Source: Oscillatoria acuminata PCC 6304 (GTDB lineage Bacteria > Cyanobacteriota > Cyanobacteriia > Cyanobacteriales > Laspinemataceae). From it: DNA of 64,000 bases. Location of the stretch: the NCBI RefSeq assembly GCF_000317105.1, contig NC_019693.1, forward strand, positions 3,967,227 through 4,031,226, read 5' to 3'. A program made the position numbers and the translations under genes. Shown in pieces: positions 1 through 10,106 of this stretch. Positions within the stretch are counted from its first letter, which is position 1. Each line of letters starts with the position of its first letter. Under the pieces are notes generated by a model, which was not told the origin of the DNA, did not search any database, and worked only from the letters and a program-made list of their open reading frames with translations.

Positions 1-149
1 CTCCTCTTCTATTAATCGATGAAAGGAACAAATAATTAGGGGGAAAGGGCAAACAGTTGAGATAAACAATTATCTCTGTAACTAATGAAATATCCTACCT
101 CTCTCCTATGTGTTGGGAAGGGGACCGGATATTCAGTCAAGGGGATCAT

Positions 150-330
150 CTCAATTTTGAAAAGAGACCTAACCCCCCGGCCCCCTTCCCTAAGAGGGAA
201 GGGGGAGAAAGAGGTAAATTCCCGCTTTAAAAGCAATAAAAAAAGTTCCTTATTCTCCCTCTTTTCTTAGGAGAGTTCAGATCGGTTTTTGGGAACTCCA
301 AAAAATAAAATCTCCAAAACGTTCGTTCGT
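150..330. repeat. MITE-like palindromic element, degenerate right end. Left end 'tctcaattttgaaaagagacctaaccccccggccc', internal hairpin 'cccccttccctaagagggaaggggg'.
   Basis: Near-identical to the element at 63225-63430, which has both TIRs 'gacctaacccccc' and 'ggggggttaggtc'. The same hairpin core recurs at 585-640, 705-760, 28480-28540 and 51040-51130. Confidence 0.6.
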
Positions 331-334
331 AGGA

Positions 335-415
335 TCAACGGTGTAGCCCCGTCAATGTAGGGGCGCAATGCGCAGGCCCTTGGGGCGCAATGCTTGCGCC
401 CCTACAAATAGATAC
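335..415. repeat. GC-rich nested hairpin element. 'ggggcgcaatgc' occurs twice. Hairpin 'ggggcgcaa tgc ttgcgcccc' is flanked by 'gtagggg...cccctac'.
   Basis: Perfect 9-bp stem seen directly. It shares 'gtagcccc' and 'gcgcaggc' with the REP-like elements at 21598-21656, 21766-21818 and 43683-43740. Confidence 0.45.
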
Positions 416-544
416 CTTCCTTTCAGTTGAACGGTTGGATGATTTATATTTTGCAATCCCCTTTAGGCAAAATTGAGATGCTCCCGAGTCAAACTCTTTA
501 TCAAAAAATTAAACGGGTTAGGCGGGTTCGATAATATCAAATCT

Positions 545-770
545 GGTCGATTAACCTAAAAAACTATTTCTCCTCCATCCCTCTCTTCTCCCCCTTCCCT
601 CTTAGGGAAGGGGGCTGGGGGGTTAGGTCAATCCCCCTACTCAAACCAACCTAATATAACCAATCTTTGATTCGTTCCCATCCCTCTCTTCTCCCCCATC
701 CCTCTCTTCTCCCCCTTCCCTCAGAGGGAAGGGGGTTGGGGGGTTAGGTCAATCTTCGTTAACTGGACAA
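545..770. repeat. Two tandem right-half copies of the MITE-like family ('ccatccctctcttctcccccttccctcNNagggaagggggNtggggggttaggtcaat').
   Basis: Direct repeat of ~120 bp at 565-645 and 685-765, each with a hairpin and 'ggggggttaggtc' end. It abuts or overlaps the 3' end of the minus-strand CDS 759..2456. Confidence 0.6.
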
Positions 771-2456
771 ATTAAACACAGAATTCGCCATAGATTTGAC
801 TGAATTGGTCGCATCTTTTAAAGTTTGGCTCATGGGTTGCTGTTGGAATAAAAAGACCCGGGCACAGTTCCGTCCAGGCATTCCGGAAATTGAACCCCCT
901 GGATGAGTGCCAGCGCCGGTTAAAAATAACCCATCAATGGGGGTTTTGTAGTTAGCAATTTCTGGGAGAGGACGGAAGAAAATCATCTGGTCTAAGGTCA
1001 TGTCAATATGGTAGTGATTCCCCTTATAAGACCCAAGGCGAGCGCTCAGTTCCGGTGGACTTTCTACCCGGCGCGCAATAATGGAATTTTTGATATTCGG
1101 CGCATAATCGGACAGTTTATCAATCAGGCGATCGGCCACTTTGTTTTTGAGTTCGTCGGTCCATCCGGTACCATTTTGTCCGGTTCCTTCTGCGCCATGA
1201 ATTTGATAGGGGGCGAAGAATTCCACCCAGAGGGTATGCTTTCCTTCCGGGGCCATTGAGGGGTCAAGAACTGTCGGAACTACTACATACAGGGAGGGAT
1301 TTTCATCAGGAATCTTGCCGAGTTGGCAGAAACTATGACCTTCTTCCACATGATGAACAGAATCGGCGATTACCACCGACCCAATTAAATACTCATCTTG
1401 GTGATTGTAGGCTTCAAATCGGGGCATTTCTGAAAGGGCACAATCCAGTTTAAGGATGCTTTCATTGTTGTTAACAATGCGGCGGTCTACCCGTTCGCGT
1501 AAGTTGGGGTCGCTGGAATCAACATCTCCCGGATTGACTAAATCTAAGAAGACTCGTTTGGCATCAATATTGGAAATCACGCCTTCTTTGGCGCGGTATT
1601 CTTGGCCTCCGTCCACGCGGACACCAACGGCGCGACCATTATCGACTAAAATGCGTTCAACACCCCGATCGCACAAAATTTCACCCCCCAGACTGGTGAC
1701 TCGATTCACTAACGCTTGGGTGAGTGCGCCGGTTCCGCCTCGGGGTCTTGCCATCCCAGGATTGTGCCGCATTGCCATCATAATTGCACCGACAGACATC
1801 CCTTTTTGTGAGGGTGGAATGCTCATTTCTGCGGCAAGTCTAGCTAAGGGTCCTTTGACGACTTCGGTATCAAACCATTCCTCTAACATATCTTGAGGAC
1901 TACTGAGCATGGTTCGGACAAAATCTAGGATTTTATCGGGGGTTCCCAGTAAGGATAACAGGTCTTTAATTTTATCAAAATTATAATTGCCGGTGATATC
2001 GATAATCGATTTAGGCGGGGCGTTGAAGATGGGGGCGATCGCATTCAAAACTCGCTGCCAATAGTGAACAAATTCTCCATATTTCTGGGCGTCACGCTCA
2101 CTGTAGCGGGCAATTTCACCACAGGTTTTGTCTACGGATTTATGTCCGAGGAAATACTTCCCATCGGGTTGAGGACAAAACAGGACCGGATCGCAATACA
2201 GATAATCTAATCCGTATTTTTTCAGTTCTAATTCTTCCACCACGGGCCCGAGATGGATAAATTCATGGTCGATCGCACAGAGGTTAAATTTAAACCCCGG
2301 TGCTTCTTCCGGTAAAGATTCTTCCGTCGTTGCGGCACCCCCGGGAACGGAGCGTTTTTCTAATAGTAAAACACTTTTACCCGCTTTTAAAAGGTAAGCC
2401 GCACAAACTAGGCCGTTATGACCGGCCCCAATGATAATTACATCGTACTGGGACAT
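759..2456 (-). CDS. FAD-dependent oxidoreductase, phytoene desaturase/CrtI superfamily (COG1233-like)
   Basis: N-terminal dinucleotide-binding motif 'DVIIIGAGHNGLVCAAYLLKAGKSVLLLEKRSVPGG'. 565 aa, typical for CrtI/carotene-isomerase-like amine oxidoreductases. Confidence 0.6.
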   Translation of the reverse strand: MSQYDVIIIGAGHNGLVCAAYLLKAGKSVLLLEKRSVPGGAATTEESLPEEAPGFKFNLCAIDHEFIHLGPVVEELELKKYGLDYLYCDPVLFCPQPDGKYFLGHKSVDKTCGEIARYSERDAQKYGEFVHYWQRVLNAIAPIFNAPPKSIIDITGNYNFDKIKDLLSLLGTPDKILDFVRTMLSSPQDMLEEWFDTEVVKGPLARLAAEMSIPPSQKGMSVGAIMMAMRHNPGMARPRGGTGALTQALVNRVTSLGGEILCDRGVERILVDNGRAVGVRVDGGQEYRAKEGVISNIDAKRVFLDLVNPGDVDSSDPNLRERVDRRIVNNNESILKLDCALSEMPRFEAYNHQDEYLIGSVVIADSVHHVEEGHSFCQLGKIPDENPSLYVVVPTVLDPSMAPEGKHTLWVEFFAPYQIHGAEGTGQNGTGWTDELKNKVADRLIDKLSDYAPNIKNSIIARRVESPPELSARLGSYKGNHYHIDMTLDQMIFFRPLPEIANYKTPIDGLFLTGAGTHPGGSISGMPGRNCARVFLFQQQPMSQTLKDATNSVKSMANSVFNLSS

Positions 2457-2810
2457 AAAAAAAACTCCTGTAAAATTCCCGCGTAATTGTGCTAATTTTA
2501 CAAAACTTAATCCTCCAGTGGATTCTACCTCCAGAAAGAGATTGTGCCAGGGTGAGGCTGATTTTTACTCTTTCTGCCCGGGGAAAAAATTCGGACAATC
2601 TCTGGGATAAACCTAAAATTTATGCTATATTAAGTGCTGATTTAAGATTGAAGGCGATGGAGCTCGCCATAACCGCCGATTCAGCGATCCCGATGGGAGG
2701 CTGAAGGGCTGATGGCTCCTACCTGTCCGGGCTGAATGCTTAGGAGGTAGGGCGATCGCATCAATCCACTCCTGGACCAGCCACTGCACACCTGTTCAGG
2801 AGTATGAGCA

Positions 2811-4457
2811 ATGTTAATCAGTACAATTTGGATCCTCGGGATGGGCTTTTTTGCGGGTCAATTCGCCCGTCGCCTCGGTGCACCCCCGCTCATTGGCATG
2901 ATTTTGGTCGGAGTCATCCTCGGTCCGGAAGTGGGAAATCGCCTAGAACCGGGAATTCTTGCCGCTGCGGATGATTTACGAACCCTGGCGGTGATGATTA
3001 TCCTCATGAAAGCGGGACTCGGACTCGATCGCGAAAAGTTGGCGGAACAGGGAACCGTGGCCCTGCGATTAGGCATTTTACCCGCTATCCTGGAAGCTGG
3101 GGCGATCGCCATTGCCGCGATGTTTCTCTTCCAGTTTGACCTATTCACCGGATTGCTCCTCGGTTGCATTATTGCCGCCGAATCTCCCGCCGTGATTGTC
3201 CCGGGAATGTTGCGTCTCAAAAGGTTGGGTTGGGGGGTCAAAAAAGGCATTCCTGATGCCATTTTAACCGGGTCTGCCCTCTCCGATGTTGTCCTCTTAC
3301 TCGGGTTTAGTTTACTCTTAAATTTCCTCCAACAAGGGGAAAGGTCTCAGGAAATTATCCTGTTCGGTCTGGCATTACATCCGCTGATTTTACTTCCCCT
3401 GCAAGCCATTATGCAGGTCATTTTAGGAACCCTGGCCGGTTATTTAGCCGCCCAATTATTAGTCTCCCTCCTGGAACGGCAAAGCTGGAGTAAAAATCCC
3501 GTCCAAGATGTCTTAATTGCCGCAGTTGTGGCCGCATTTGCCGTAATTGCTGCCCGCGAATTCCCTTACTTTTCTGGGTATTTAGCGGTGATGTCGATGG
3601 GATTCTTTTTAATCGAACTGGATGCACCCTTGGCCCGCCGACTCCGCAATGGATTTAATACCCTATGGATTGTGGCGGAAATTGTCTTATTTGTGTTAAT
3701 GGGAGCGAGTATTCAGCTTCAAGTTTTGGGAGAGATGTTGTTACCGGGCTTGACTATTTTAGCGGTGGGTTTATTAATCGGACGCACCATTGGTTGGACA
3801 CTTTCTACAGCAGGGAGTAATTGGAATTGGCAAGAAAAACTGTTTCTATTACCGGGAAATTCGGCGAAAGCAACAGTGCAGGCGGCCTTGGGTGCGTTAC
3901 CGTTAGCTTATGGCATTGAAGGGGGTGAAATTATTTTAGCCATTGCTGCCTTGTCCATTTTAGTGACGGCTCCTTTGGGGGCTTGGGCAATTCCAACTTT
4001 TGCTCCAAAATTGCTACAAAAAGGAGAAGTAGACCCAACAAAAGTAACCGTTGATGCTCGGACTCTGTTTTTGGCAGTGGTGGATAGTTCCCCGGGAGCA
4101 ATGGCCGTATTAAAACAAACGGCAGAGTTAGCTCGGCGTAGTCATGGAGAGGCGATGGTTTTATATGTCGTGCAGGAGGACAATTTAGCCGAAATTAAAG
4201 CGATTCAGGAGATGACTCAGGCAGTTTTAGCGGATATTCGCCATCAGTTTATAACAGAAAAAGGTGCAGTGGTGGAGACCATTTTGGCCTGTTCGCAAGC
4301 TCATCCCGTCACGGTAATTATTGTGGGAAACCGCCATAATTCAGACGAAAAAGGGGCGGCAGTGGGAGCGGTTTCTCAAGGGGTTTTAGCAGGGAGTCTC
4401 GTTCCTGTTTTGGTGGTAAAAACCCAGGATATAGCCGTGGAAACTGCTCAGAACTAG
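2811..4457 (+). CDS. Cation:proton antiporter (CPA/Na+-H+ exchanger family) with C-terminal universal stress protein (UspA) domain
   Basis: About 400 aa of polytopic membrane domain ('GMILVGVILGPE...') followed by a Usp-like domain ('AVVDSSPGAMAVLKQTAELARRSHGEAMVLYVVQE ... VTVIIVGNRHNSDEKGAAVGAVSQGVLAGSLVPVLVV'). Confidence 0.65.
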   Translation: MLISTIWILGMGFFAGQFARRLGAPPLIGMILVGVILGPEVGNRLEPGILAAADDLRTLAVMIILMKAGLGLDREKLAEQGTVALRLGILPAILEAGAIAIAAMFLFQFDLFTGLLLGCIIAAESPAVIVPGMLRLKRLGWGVKKGIPDAILTGSALSDVVLLLGFSLLLNFLQQGERSQEIILFGLALHPLILLPLQAIMQVILGTLAGYLAAQLLVSLLERQSWSKNPVQDVLIAAVVAAFAVIAAREFPYFSGYLAVMSMGFFLIELDAPLARRLRNGFNTLWIVAEIVLFVLMGASIQLQVLGEMLLPGLTILAVGLLIGRTIGWTLSTAGSNWNWQEKLFLLPGNSAKATVQAALGALPLAYGIEGGEIILAIAALSILVTAPLGAWAIPTFAPKLLQKGEVDPTKVTVDARTLFLAVVDSSPGAMAVLKQTAELARRSHGEAMVLYVVQEDNLAEIKAIQEMTQAVLADIRHQFITEKGAVVETILACSQAHPVTVIIVGNRHNSDEKGAAVGAVSQGVLAGSLVPVLVVKTQDIAVETAQN

Positions 4458-5253
4458 AGCAATTTTTCTCTGAAATTTTCCTGTTGAAAACGGGAGGGAG
4501 GGATTCTCACCGGGGGAGTTTTTGACTTGAGCAAACGGTCAGAAGTCTGGGTAATCTCCACCCAACTTTTGACCCGATGGGAACATTGAAAAACCTTTTC
4601 CGTAAAAAAAATCAAAAAAGAGCTTGACCTGTTTTCTGAAGAGTGGTATAAGAAAAAAGGGCTTTCAGACTCCTCTGAACTGCCCAGTCTTAAACGCAAC
4701 TTAAACAAGTAAGGAATAATCAAGTGGAAAGCTCTGGTAGTAGTTGTATTGCAACGATTACTCAGGCAGACTCAATGGCTGACGAGCCTTTAGACGAACC
4801 TCGACCGTTTCCCCACAACCGGGCGGTTTAGTCAGTGAAATGACCTAGGGTGACTCCATCTGGGAGTTTTCATAGTTCATCTCGTGACCCCCGGGAAGAG
4901 GGCGGTCATGTTAGGAATGGAGATGAACTTATGAATCACCGAACGCTTGACGATTTAAACGAAGGGTGAAGGTTAGGCTAACCCAAAGTTAGACTAACCC
5001 AATCCCGAATCCAAATTTAAAGTCCCTGTTGCTGATTTCGGTTAGCGTTTTGGGTCGCGATCGCCAATGGAAACAAACCCTGGATCAATCGCGAACTGGA
5101 TGCGCTTGGGACTATTTATGAATGGAAATTTTGCAACAAAATCTCTACAAACCAGCGATTCTGTTGCCTGATTTCGGCTGCATTAGACTCTATAGATTGG
5201 GGAAAAATCCCCCAACCACACTCGGAAATATAGAACCGATTAGAGAGTGGATC

Positions 5254-6657
5254 ATGACCGATCATAATACTGAATTGCCGTCCGTCCAGCCGACGACCCG
5301 AGAAGCATTACGCCAACTCGTGCGATCGCAATTGCAAGCCTTACTCGAACAAAATAACCTCCAAGGCGCTAAAGCCTTGCTCGTTCCAGTCCAACCCGCA
5401 GATATCGCCGAGGCGATTGAAGGATTACCGCAAACCATGCAAGCCATCGCCTTTCGTTTGTTATCCAAAGAAGAGGCGATCGAGGTTTATGAATATCTGG
5501 ACTCTAGTGTTCAATATGCCTTAATTGAAGAATTTAAACGCCAGGATGTTCTGGATATTGTCGATAAAATGTCCCCAGATGACCGCGCCCGGTTATTTGA
5601 TGAATTGCCAGCCAAAGTGGTCAAGCGTATCCTCGAACAACTCAGTCCCGAAGAACGTCAAACCACCTCTTTGCTGTTAGGCTATCCCCTGGATAGCGCC
5701 GGGAGAATGATGACCCCGGAATATATTGCGGTCAAAGAAAATATGACCATCAAAAATGCCCTAGACCGAATTAGGAACTTAGCCAATGTCAGTGAAATCA
5801 TTTATTATCTTTATGTCACCGATGCCTTTCGTCATTTAATCGGCACGATTTCCCTGCGGGATTTAGTTGTCTCGGAACCGGAACAACTCTTATCAGAAAT
5901 TACCCGGCGAGAACCCGTGTTTGTTTCCACGGAAACCGATCGCGAGGAAGCAGCGCGATTAATTCAGCGTTATGATTTTCTAGCCTTACCCGTGGTCGAT
6001 AGCGAACAACGTCTCGTGGGCATTATCACCGTGGATGATGTCATGGATGTGGTGGAAGCGGAAACCACGGAAGATATTTACGCCCTCGGTGGGGTGGAAA
6101 GTGGGGGAGAAAACTATTTTCAAACTAACTTATTCACCGTGGCGCGCAAGCGGGTGGTTTGGTTGTTTATTTTATTAATTACCAATACCGCCACCTCAGC
6201 AGTGATTCGCGCTAGAGAAGATATTCTCGAACAAGTGGTGGCACTGGCGGCATTTATTCCCTTACTCATTGACACCGGGGGGAACGTGGGTGCACAGTCC
6301 TCAACGGTGGTGATTCGCGGGTTAAATCTTAATGCCATTCGGGAAGGAAAAGCCTGGAGAATTATTGGACGGGAGACGACTGCCGGGGCTTTATTAGGAG
6401 TAATGCTCTCCATTGTTGTCACCATTTGGGCTTATTTCCTGGCGGGAAATCTGCTGGTTGCTATTTCCGTGGGAGTGAGTTTGCTGGCGATTACCATCAT
6501 TGCCTCCTTCGCCGGGTCCGCCCTACCGTTTTTATTCTATCGGGTGGGATTTGACCCGGCATTAATGTCAGCGCCCTTTATTACCACCGCTGTGGATGTC
6601 CTGGGGGTGTTAATTTATTTAACGGTGGCACAGCAGCTTTTGGGAGGTGCTGAGTGA
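5254..6657 (+). CDS. mgtE: Magnesium transporter MgtE (MgtE-N, tandem CBS, MgtE membrane domain)
   Basis: The ORF is open from 5122 but the ATG at 5254 (MTDHNTEL...) is the likely start. Motifs 'DIAEAIEGLP', CBS pair, 'GGNVGAQSSTVVIRGL'. ~70% identical to the downstream paralog. Confidence 0.8.
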   Translation: MTDHNTELPSVQPTTREALRQLVRSQLQALLEQNNLQGAKALLVPVQPADIAEAIEGLPQTMQAIAFRLLSKEEAIEVYEYLDSSVQYALIEEFKRQDVLDIVDKMSPDDRARLFDELPAKVVKRILEQLSPEERQTTSLLLGYPLDSAGRMMTPEYIAVKENMTIKNALDRIRNLANVSEIIYYLYVTDAFRHLIGTISLRDLVVSEPEQLLSEITRREPVFVSTETDREEAARLIQRYDFLALPVVDSEQRLVGIITVDDVMDVVEAETTEDIYALGGVESGGENYFQTNLFTVARKRVVWLFILLITNTATSAVIRAREDILEQVVALAAFIPLLIDTGGNVGAQSSTVVIRGLNLNAIREGKAWRIIGRETTAGALLGVMLSIVVTIWAYFLAGNLLVAISVGVSLLAITIIASFAGSALPFLFYRVGFDPALMSAPFITTAVDVLGVLIYLTVAQQLLGGAE

Positions 6658-6772
6658 CTGGGAACCCACTGGAGAGGTCCCGTTCGACTCGCCCGGTTTC
6701 GCCTGGGGTGACGAGTTCGTGTCCCCTTAAATTGTATAGAATAGTTATCGGACTGGATCCAGGGAGTTAAAA

Positions 6773-8173
6773 GTGACTGAACCTCAACCGATACCCTCTC
6801 CCCTCGGGACCCTGTCGCGGAGAGAAATACCTGACTTAGTGCGATCGCAACTGGAGGCCCTTCTCAAACAGGGGGACCTCCAGGGGGCTAAAGCGATTTT
6901 AATCCCGGTTCAACCTGTGGATATCGCCGAAGCGATCGAAGGAATGCCTGAAGCGATGCAGGCGATCGCCTTTCGCTTGTTGTCCAAACAGGAAGCAACA
7001 GAAGTTTACGAACATCTCGATACCAGCGTCCAACAGGTGCTTTTAGAAGACTTCAAGCGCCAGGACGTTCTGGATATCATTGGCAATATGTCCCCGGACG
7101 ATCGCGCCCGACTGCTGGATGAGTTGCCCTCGAAAGTGGTGCGCCGATTGCGTGCTCAACTGTCTCCCACAGAATGGCAGTCCACCGCCCTACTGATGGG
7201 CTATGAATCGGGAACTGCCGGGAGAATCATGACCCCGGAATATATTTCCGTCCGGGAAAATATGAGCGTCTCCCAAACCCTAGAACGGATTCGCACCCTG
7301 TCGCCAGTCGCGGAAATTATTTATTACCTCTACGTCATGGATAGCGAACGCCGGTTAACCGGAATCGTTTCCCTGCGGGACTTGGTGATTAGTTCCCCCG
7401 AGGAACAAATTAGTGAAATCATGACTCGGGATGTGGTGTTCGTCCATACGGATACCGACGGCGAGGAAGTCTCGCGCCTGATTCAGCGCTATGATTTCCT
7501 GGCGATCCCCGTGGTCGATCGCGAGCAACGCTTAGTTGGGGTCATCACCATCGATGATGCGATCGACATCATGGAACAGGAAACCACTGAGGATATTTAT
7601 GCCTTGGGTGGACTTCAGTCCGATGGGGATAATTATTTTGAAATGAGTTTATGGACAGTGGCGCGACGGCGTGTCGTCTGGCTATTTGTCTTATTGCTCA
7701 CCAATACCGTTACCGGATCAATTATTAACTCCCAAAAAGACCTATTGCAGCAAGTCGTCGTCCTCACCGCCTTTATCCCCCTGCTTACGGGTACTGGAGG
7801 GAATGTCGGTGCACAGTCTTCCACTGTGGTGATTCGCGGGATGAATACCGATGAAATTCGCTTACTCGGACCGCTCAAAGTAATCTGGCGAGAAGGAATT
7901 GCCGGTGCATTACTGGGAACAATTTTGGGAACCCTCGCCACCATCTGGGCTTATTTCCTGTTGCAAGTCGAGCTTTGGGTGGCGGTTTGTGTCGGGATCT
8001 CTCTGATCGCCATTTCAATTTTGGCATCAGTATCCGGTTCGGCCCTGCCGTTTTTATTCCGCGCCATCAAGTTAGATCCCGCCCTGATGTCAGCGCCGTT
8101 TATTACGACTGCTGTCGATGTTTTGGGGGTTCTCATTTACTTTAATATTGCAAGGCTATTTCTAGGATTGTAA
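6773..8173 (+). CDS. mgtE: Magnesium transporter MgtE, tandem paralog (GTG start)
   Basis: Same domain order and motifs as 5254..6657 ('DIAEAIEGMP', 'GGNVGAQSSTVVIRGM'). Confidence 0.8.
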   Translation: MTEPQPIPSPLGTLSRREIPDLVRSQLEALLKQGDLQGAKAILIPVQPVDIAEAIEGMPEAMQAIAFRLLSKQEATEVYEHLDTSVQQVLLEDFKRQDVLDIIGNMSPDDRARLLDELPSKVVRRLRAQLSPTEWQSTALLMGYESGTAGRIMTPEYISVRENMSVSQTLERIRTLSPVAEIIYYLYVMDSERRLTGIVSLRDLVISSPEEQISEIMTRDVVFVHTDTDGEEVSRLIQRYDFLAIPVVDREQRLVGVITIDDAIDIMEQETTEDIYALGGLQSDGDNYFEMSLWTVARRRVVWLFVLLLTNTVTGSIINSQKDLLQQVVVLTAFIPLLTGTGGNVGAQSSTVVIRGMNTDEIRLLGPLKVIWREGIAGALLGTILGTLATIWAYFLLQVELWVAVCVGISLIAISILASVSGSALPFLFRAIKLDPALMSAPFITTAVDVLGVLIYFNIARLFLGL

Positions 8174-8176
8174 TCT

Positions 8177-8212
8177 TCCCCACTCCACTGCTTCTAGAGT
8201 GGGGATTTTTTC
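8177..8212 (+). terminator. Rho-independent terminator after the mgtE paralog
   Basis: Stem 'tccccactc'/'gagtgggga' with an 11-nt loop, followed by 'ttttttc', starting 4 nt after the TAA. Confidence 0.6.
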
Positions 8213-8491
8213 TTGTCACAGCAGATTGAATCAATGACAATGACGCCAAACCCTAAATATGGGATTAATTCAACGCTTTGGGCATCTTTTACCCAAATTT
8301 TAAGGCTCAAATGGTCCGGGTTGAAACTAGAGCAATCCTTGTTAGTCAGGATGAGAATTTTTGGGGTAATTCATGATCAATGGTGTCCGGTTTGACTGAA
8401 AACTTTTCCCCCCCCTTATATCAACATTTCTCCATAAAATAGAAAGATAAGGTGGATTTTTGATAAAATGGTAATTGTAATATAGGCTCCG

Positions 8492-10093
8492 GTGGGTGGG
8501 AAGGACTCCATGTCAAATCACCGTCATTGGCTAGAAACCGCAGAATATGCTTCCTTGTTCACGTCATTGGTGGCGTCGATAGTGGCGGTCTTTTTTAATG
8601 GGGCCATCTATGTAGCCGCCCCTCTGATTTGTATTGCCCTGATTCTGAATGCGATCGTCCGCTATCGCCTGGAACACCAAACTCGCCGAGTCAGTGGCAC
8701 CACAAATCGACTGCATCGCCAATTGGCGGAAGAACTGGAGATGCTCACCCAACGAGTGGAAGCGCAAAAGCAATTTCCCCTCCCTCAAGTCGAAGGGGAG
8801 GAAGGCACTCGCCCGCCCGTAGCTACGGGGTCCCCAGAGGAACTCGCCCGGTTGCAAACCCGGTTGGCGAAGTTAGAATCGGTAGAACTCTCCCAGATCC
8901 AGGGCGAAATCGCGGGGTTGAAAGAGCAATATGCGCTTTTGGACGAAAGTCTGGGCAATGCGATCGCCTATCTGAATCGGTCATCCTTTGCCTACCGCTT
9001 AGAACGAGTGGAGGAGGCGATTTCGCAATTGACCTCGCAAATCGTGGTCCCCTCGCCCCCACCTCGCCCGCAACCGGAACCGGCGACGCCGGAACCGGCA
9101 ACCCAGGAACCCTCCAAATCGGCAACCCCTTCTCCACCCGCCAAATCCAAACCGCCCTCGTCGAAAATCGTCCTGCCTTCATTCACGGGACCCTCGGAAC
9201 CCACGGCACAGAATTGGATCTGTCGCCACAGTTTGCCCGCCCATGCGGATTGGGTGCGATCGCTAGGGATTACCCCCGATGGCCAAATATTGGCAACCGG
9301 CAGTTTTGACACCAGTATTAAACTCTGGAAACTCGCTACCGGCGAACTGTTGCAAGTGCTTGCAGAACACAAACGCGGGGTATTTGCCATTGCGATCGCC
9401 CCTGATGGCAAAACCCTCGCCTCTGCCAGTTGGGATAAAACCATCAAACTTTGGGAACTCCCGACAGGAATTCCCAAAGAAACCCTCACGGGACATGGAG
9501 GTTCCGTCCGCGCCTTGGCGATCGCCCCCGATGGCAACACCCTGGTGAGTGGCAGTTTTGACGAGACAATTAAATTGTGGGATTTGTCCAAAGCGGAATT
9601 AATCGATACCCTCACGGACTATACCGGACCCATCTTTTCCCTCGCCATTTCCCCCGATGGTCAAATTCTCGCCCGAGGCGGTGGGGATGGCACGATTACC
9701 CTGTGGCAGTTCCAAACCAAACAGCCAATGTCGGTCCTTAATGGCAGTCTAGAGGCGGTAGAAGCGATCGTCATTTCTCCCCAACAACTGCTGATCGGAG
9801 GCAGTGGCGATGGCAGTATTCAACTCTGGAATTTAGAAACCGGAGAACTGGTGTGGAGTCTGAGCGCCCATTTAGGACCCGTCACCGCAGTTGCGATCGC
9901 CCCAGATGGCAACAGTGTTGCCACCGGCAGCGCTGATGGGACGGTCAAAATTTGGCATTTACCCACGGGTAAATTAGTCTGTGCTTTGACGGAAGAAAGT
10001 GGGGCGGTGATGTCTTTAGTTTATAGTCCCAATGGACAATTTCTGGTGAGTGGCAGTGCCAAAGGGATGGTGAGGATTTTGGAACGGGAGTAG
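8492..10093 (+). CDS. Membrane-anchored WD40-repeat protein (N-terminal TM helix, coiled coil, Pro-rich linker, ~7 WD40 repeats)
   Basis: Repeated 'GH..V.SLAISPDGQ.LASGS.D.TIKLW' units. Hydrophobic N-terminus, 'PPPRPQPEPATPEPATQEP' linker. ATG at 8510 is a possible true start. Confidence 0.7.
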   Translation: MGGKDSMSNHRHWLETAEYASLFTSLVASIVAVFFNGAIYVAAPLICIALILNAIVRYRLEHQTRRVSGTTNRLHRQLAEELEMLTQRVEAQKQFPLPQVEGEEGTRPPVATGSPEELARLQTRLAKLESVELSQIQGEIAGLKEQYALLDESLGNAIAYLNRSSFAYRLERVEEAISQLTSQIVVPSPPPRPQPEPATPEPATQEPSKSATPSPPAKSKPPSSKIVLPSFTGPSEPTAQNWICRHSLPAHADWVRSLGITPDGQILATGSFDTSIKLWKLATGELLQVLAEHKRGVFAIAIAPDGKTLASASWDKTIKLWELPTGIPKETLTGHGGSVRALAIAPDGNTLVSGSFDETIKLWDLSKAELIDTLTDYTGPIFSLAISPDGQILARGGGDGTITLWQFQTKQPMSVLNGSLEAVEAIVISPQQLLIGGSGDGSIQLWNLETGELVWSLSAHLGPVTAVAIAPDGNSVATGSADGTVKIWHLPTGKLVCALTEESGAVMSLVYSPNGQFLVSGSAKGMVRILERE

Positions 10094-10106
10094 ATTGGGG
10101 TGGTGA

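Noticed and set aside
85-270. Small ORFs 36..236, 85..270 and 63169..63405 encoding Pro/Gly-rich peptides
   Set aside because: They are stop-free read-throughs of the palindromic MITE-like repeat ('RPNPPAPFPxREGGER'), not genes.
4454-4723. 89-aa minus-strand ORF in the antiporter-mgtE intergenic region
   Set aside because: No RBS or recognisable domain. Ser/Leu-rich low-complexity sequence. Likely a spurious ORF in a regulatory leader.
4880-4960. Possible M-box (ykoK) Mg2+ riboswitch upstream of mgtE, based on 'gttagg...atggagat'
   Set aside because: Only two short motif fragments match, with the wrong spacing. The conserved P2/P4-P6 elements are not recognisable by eye. Kept only as a leader-region hypothesis.
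8213-8395. 60-aa ORF between mgtE and the WD40 gene
   Set aside because: Short, no homology signal, sits in a promoter-like AT-rich region.
8564-9615. Antisense and alternate-frame ORFs inside large genes (e.g. 8629..9309, 8823..9182, 8992..9615, 1456..1896, 41831..42740, 43181..43663)
   Set aside because: They lie wholly within strongly supported CDSs on the opposite strand or in another frame, have low-complexity Arg/Pro/Gly-rich composition typical of GC-rich antisense frames, and show no domain signatures.
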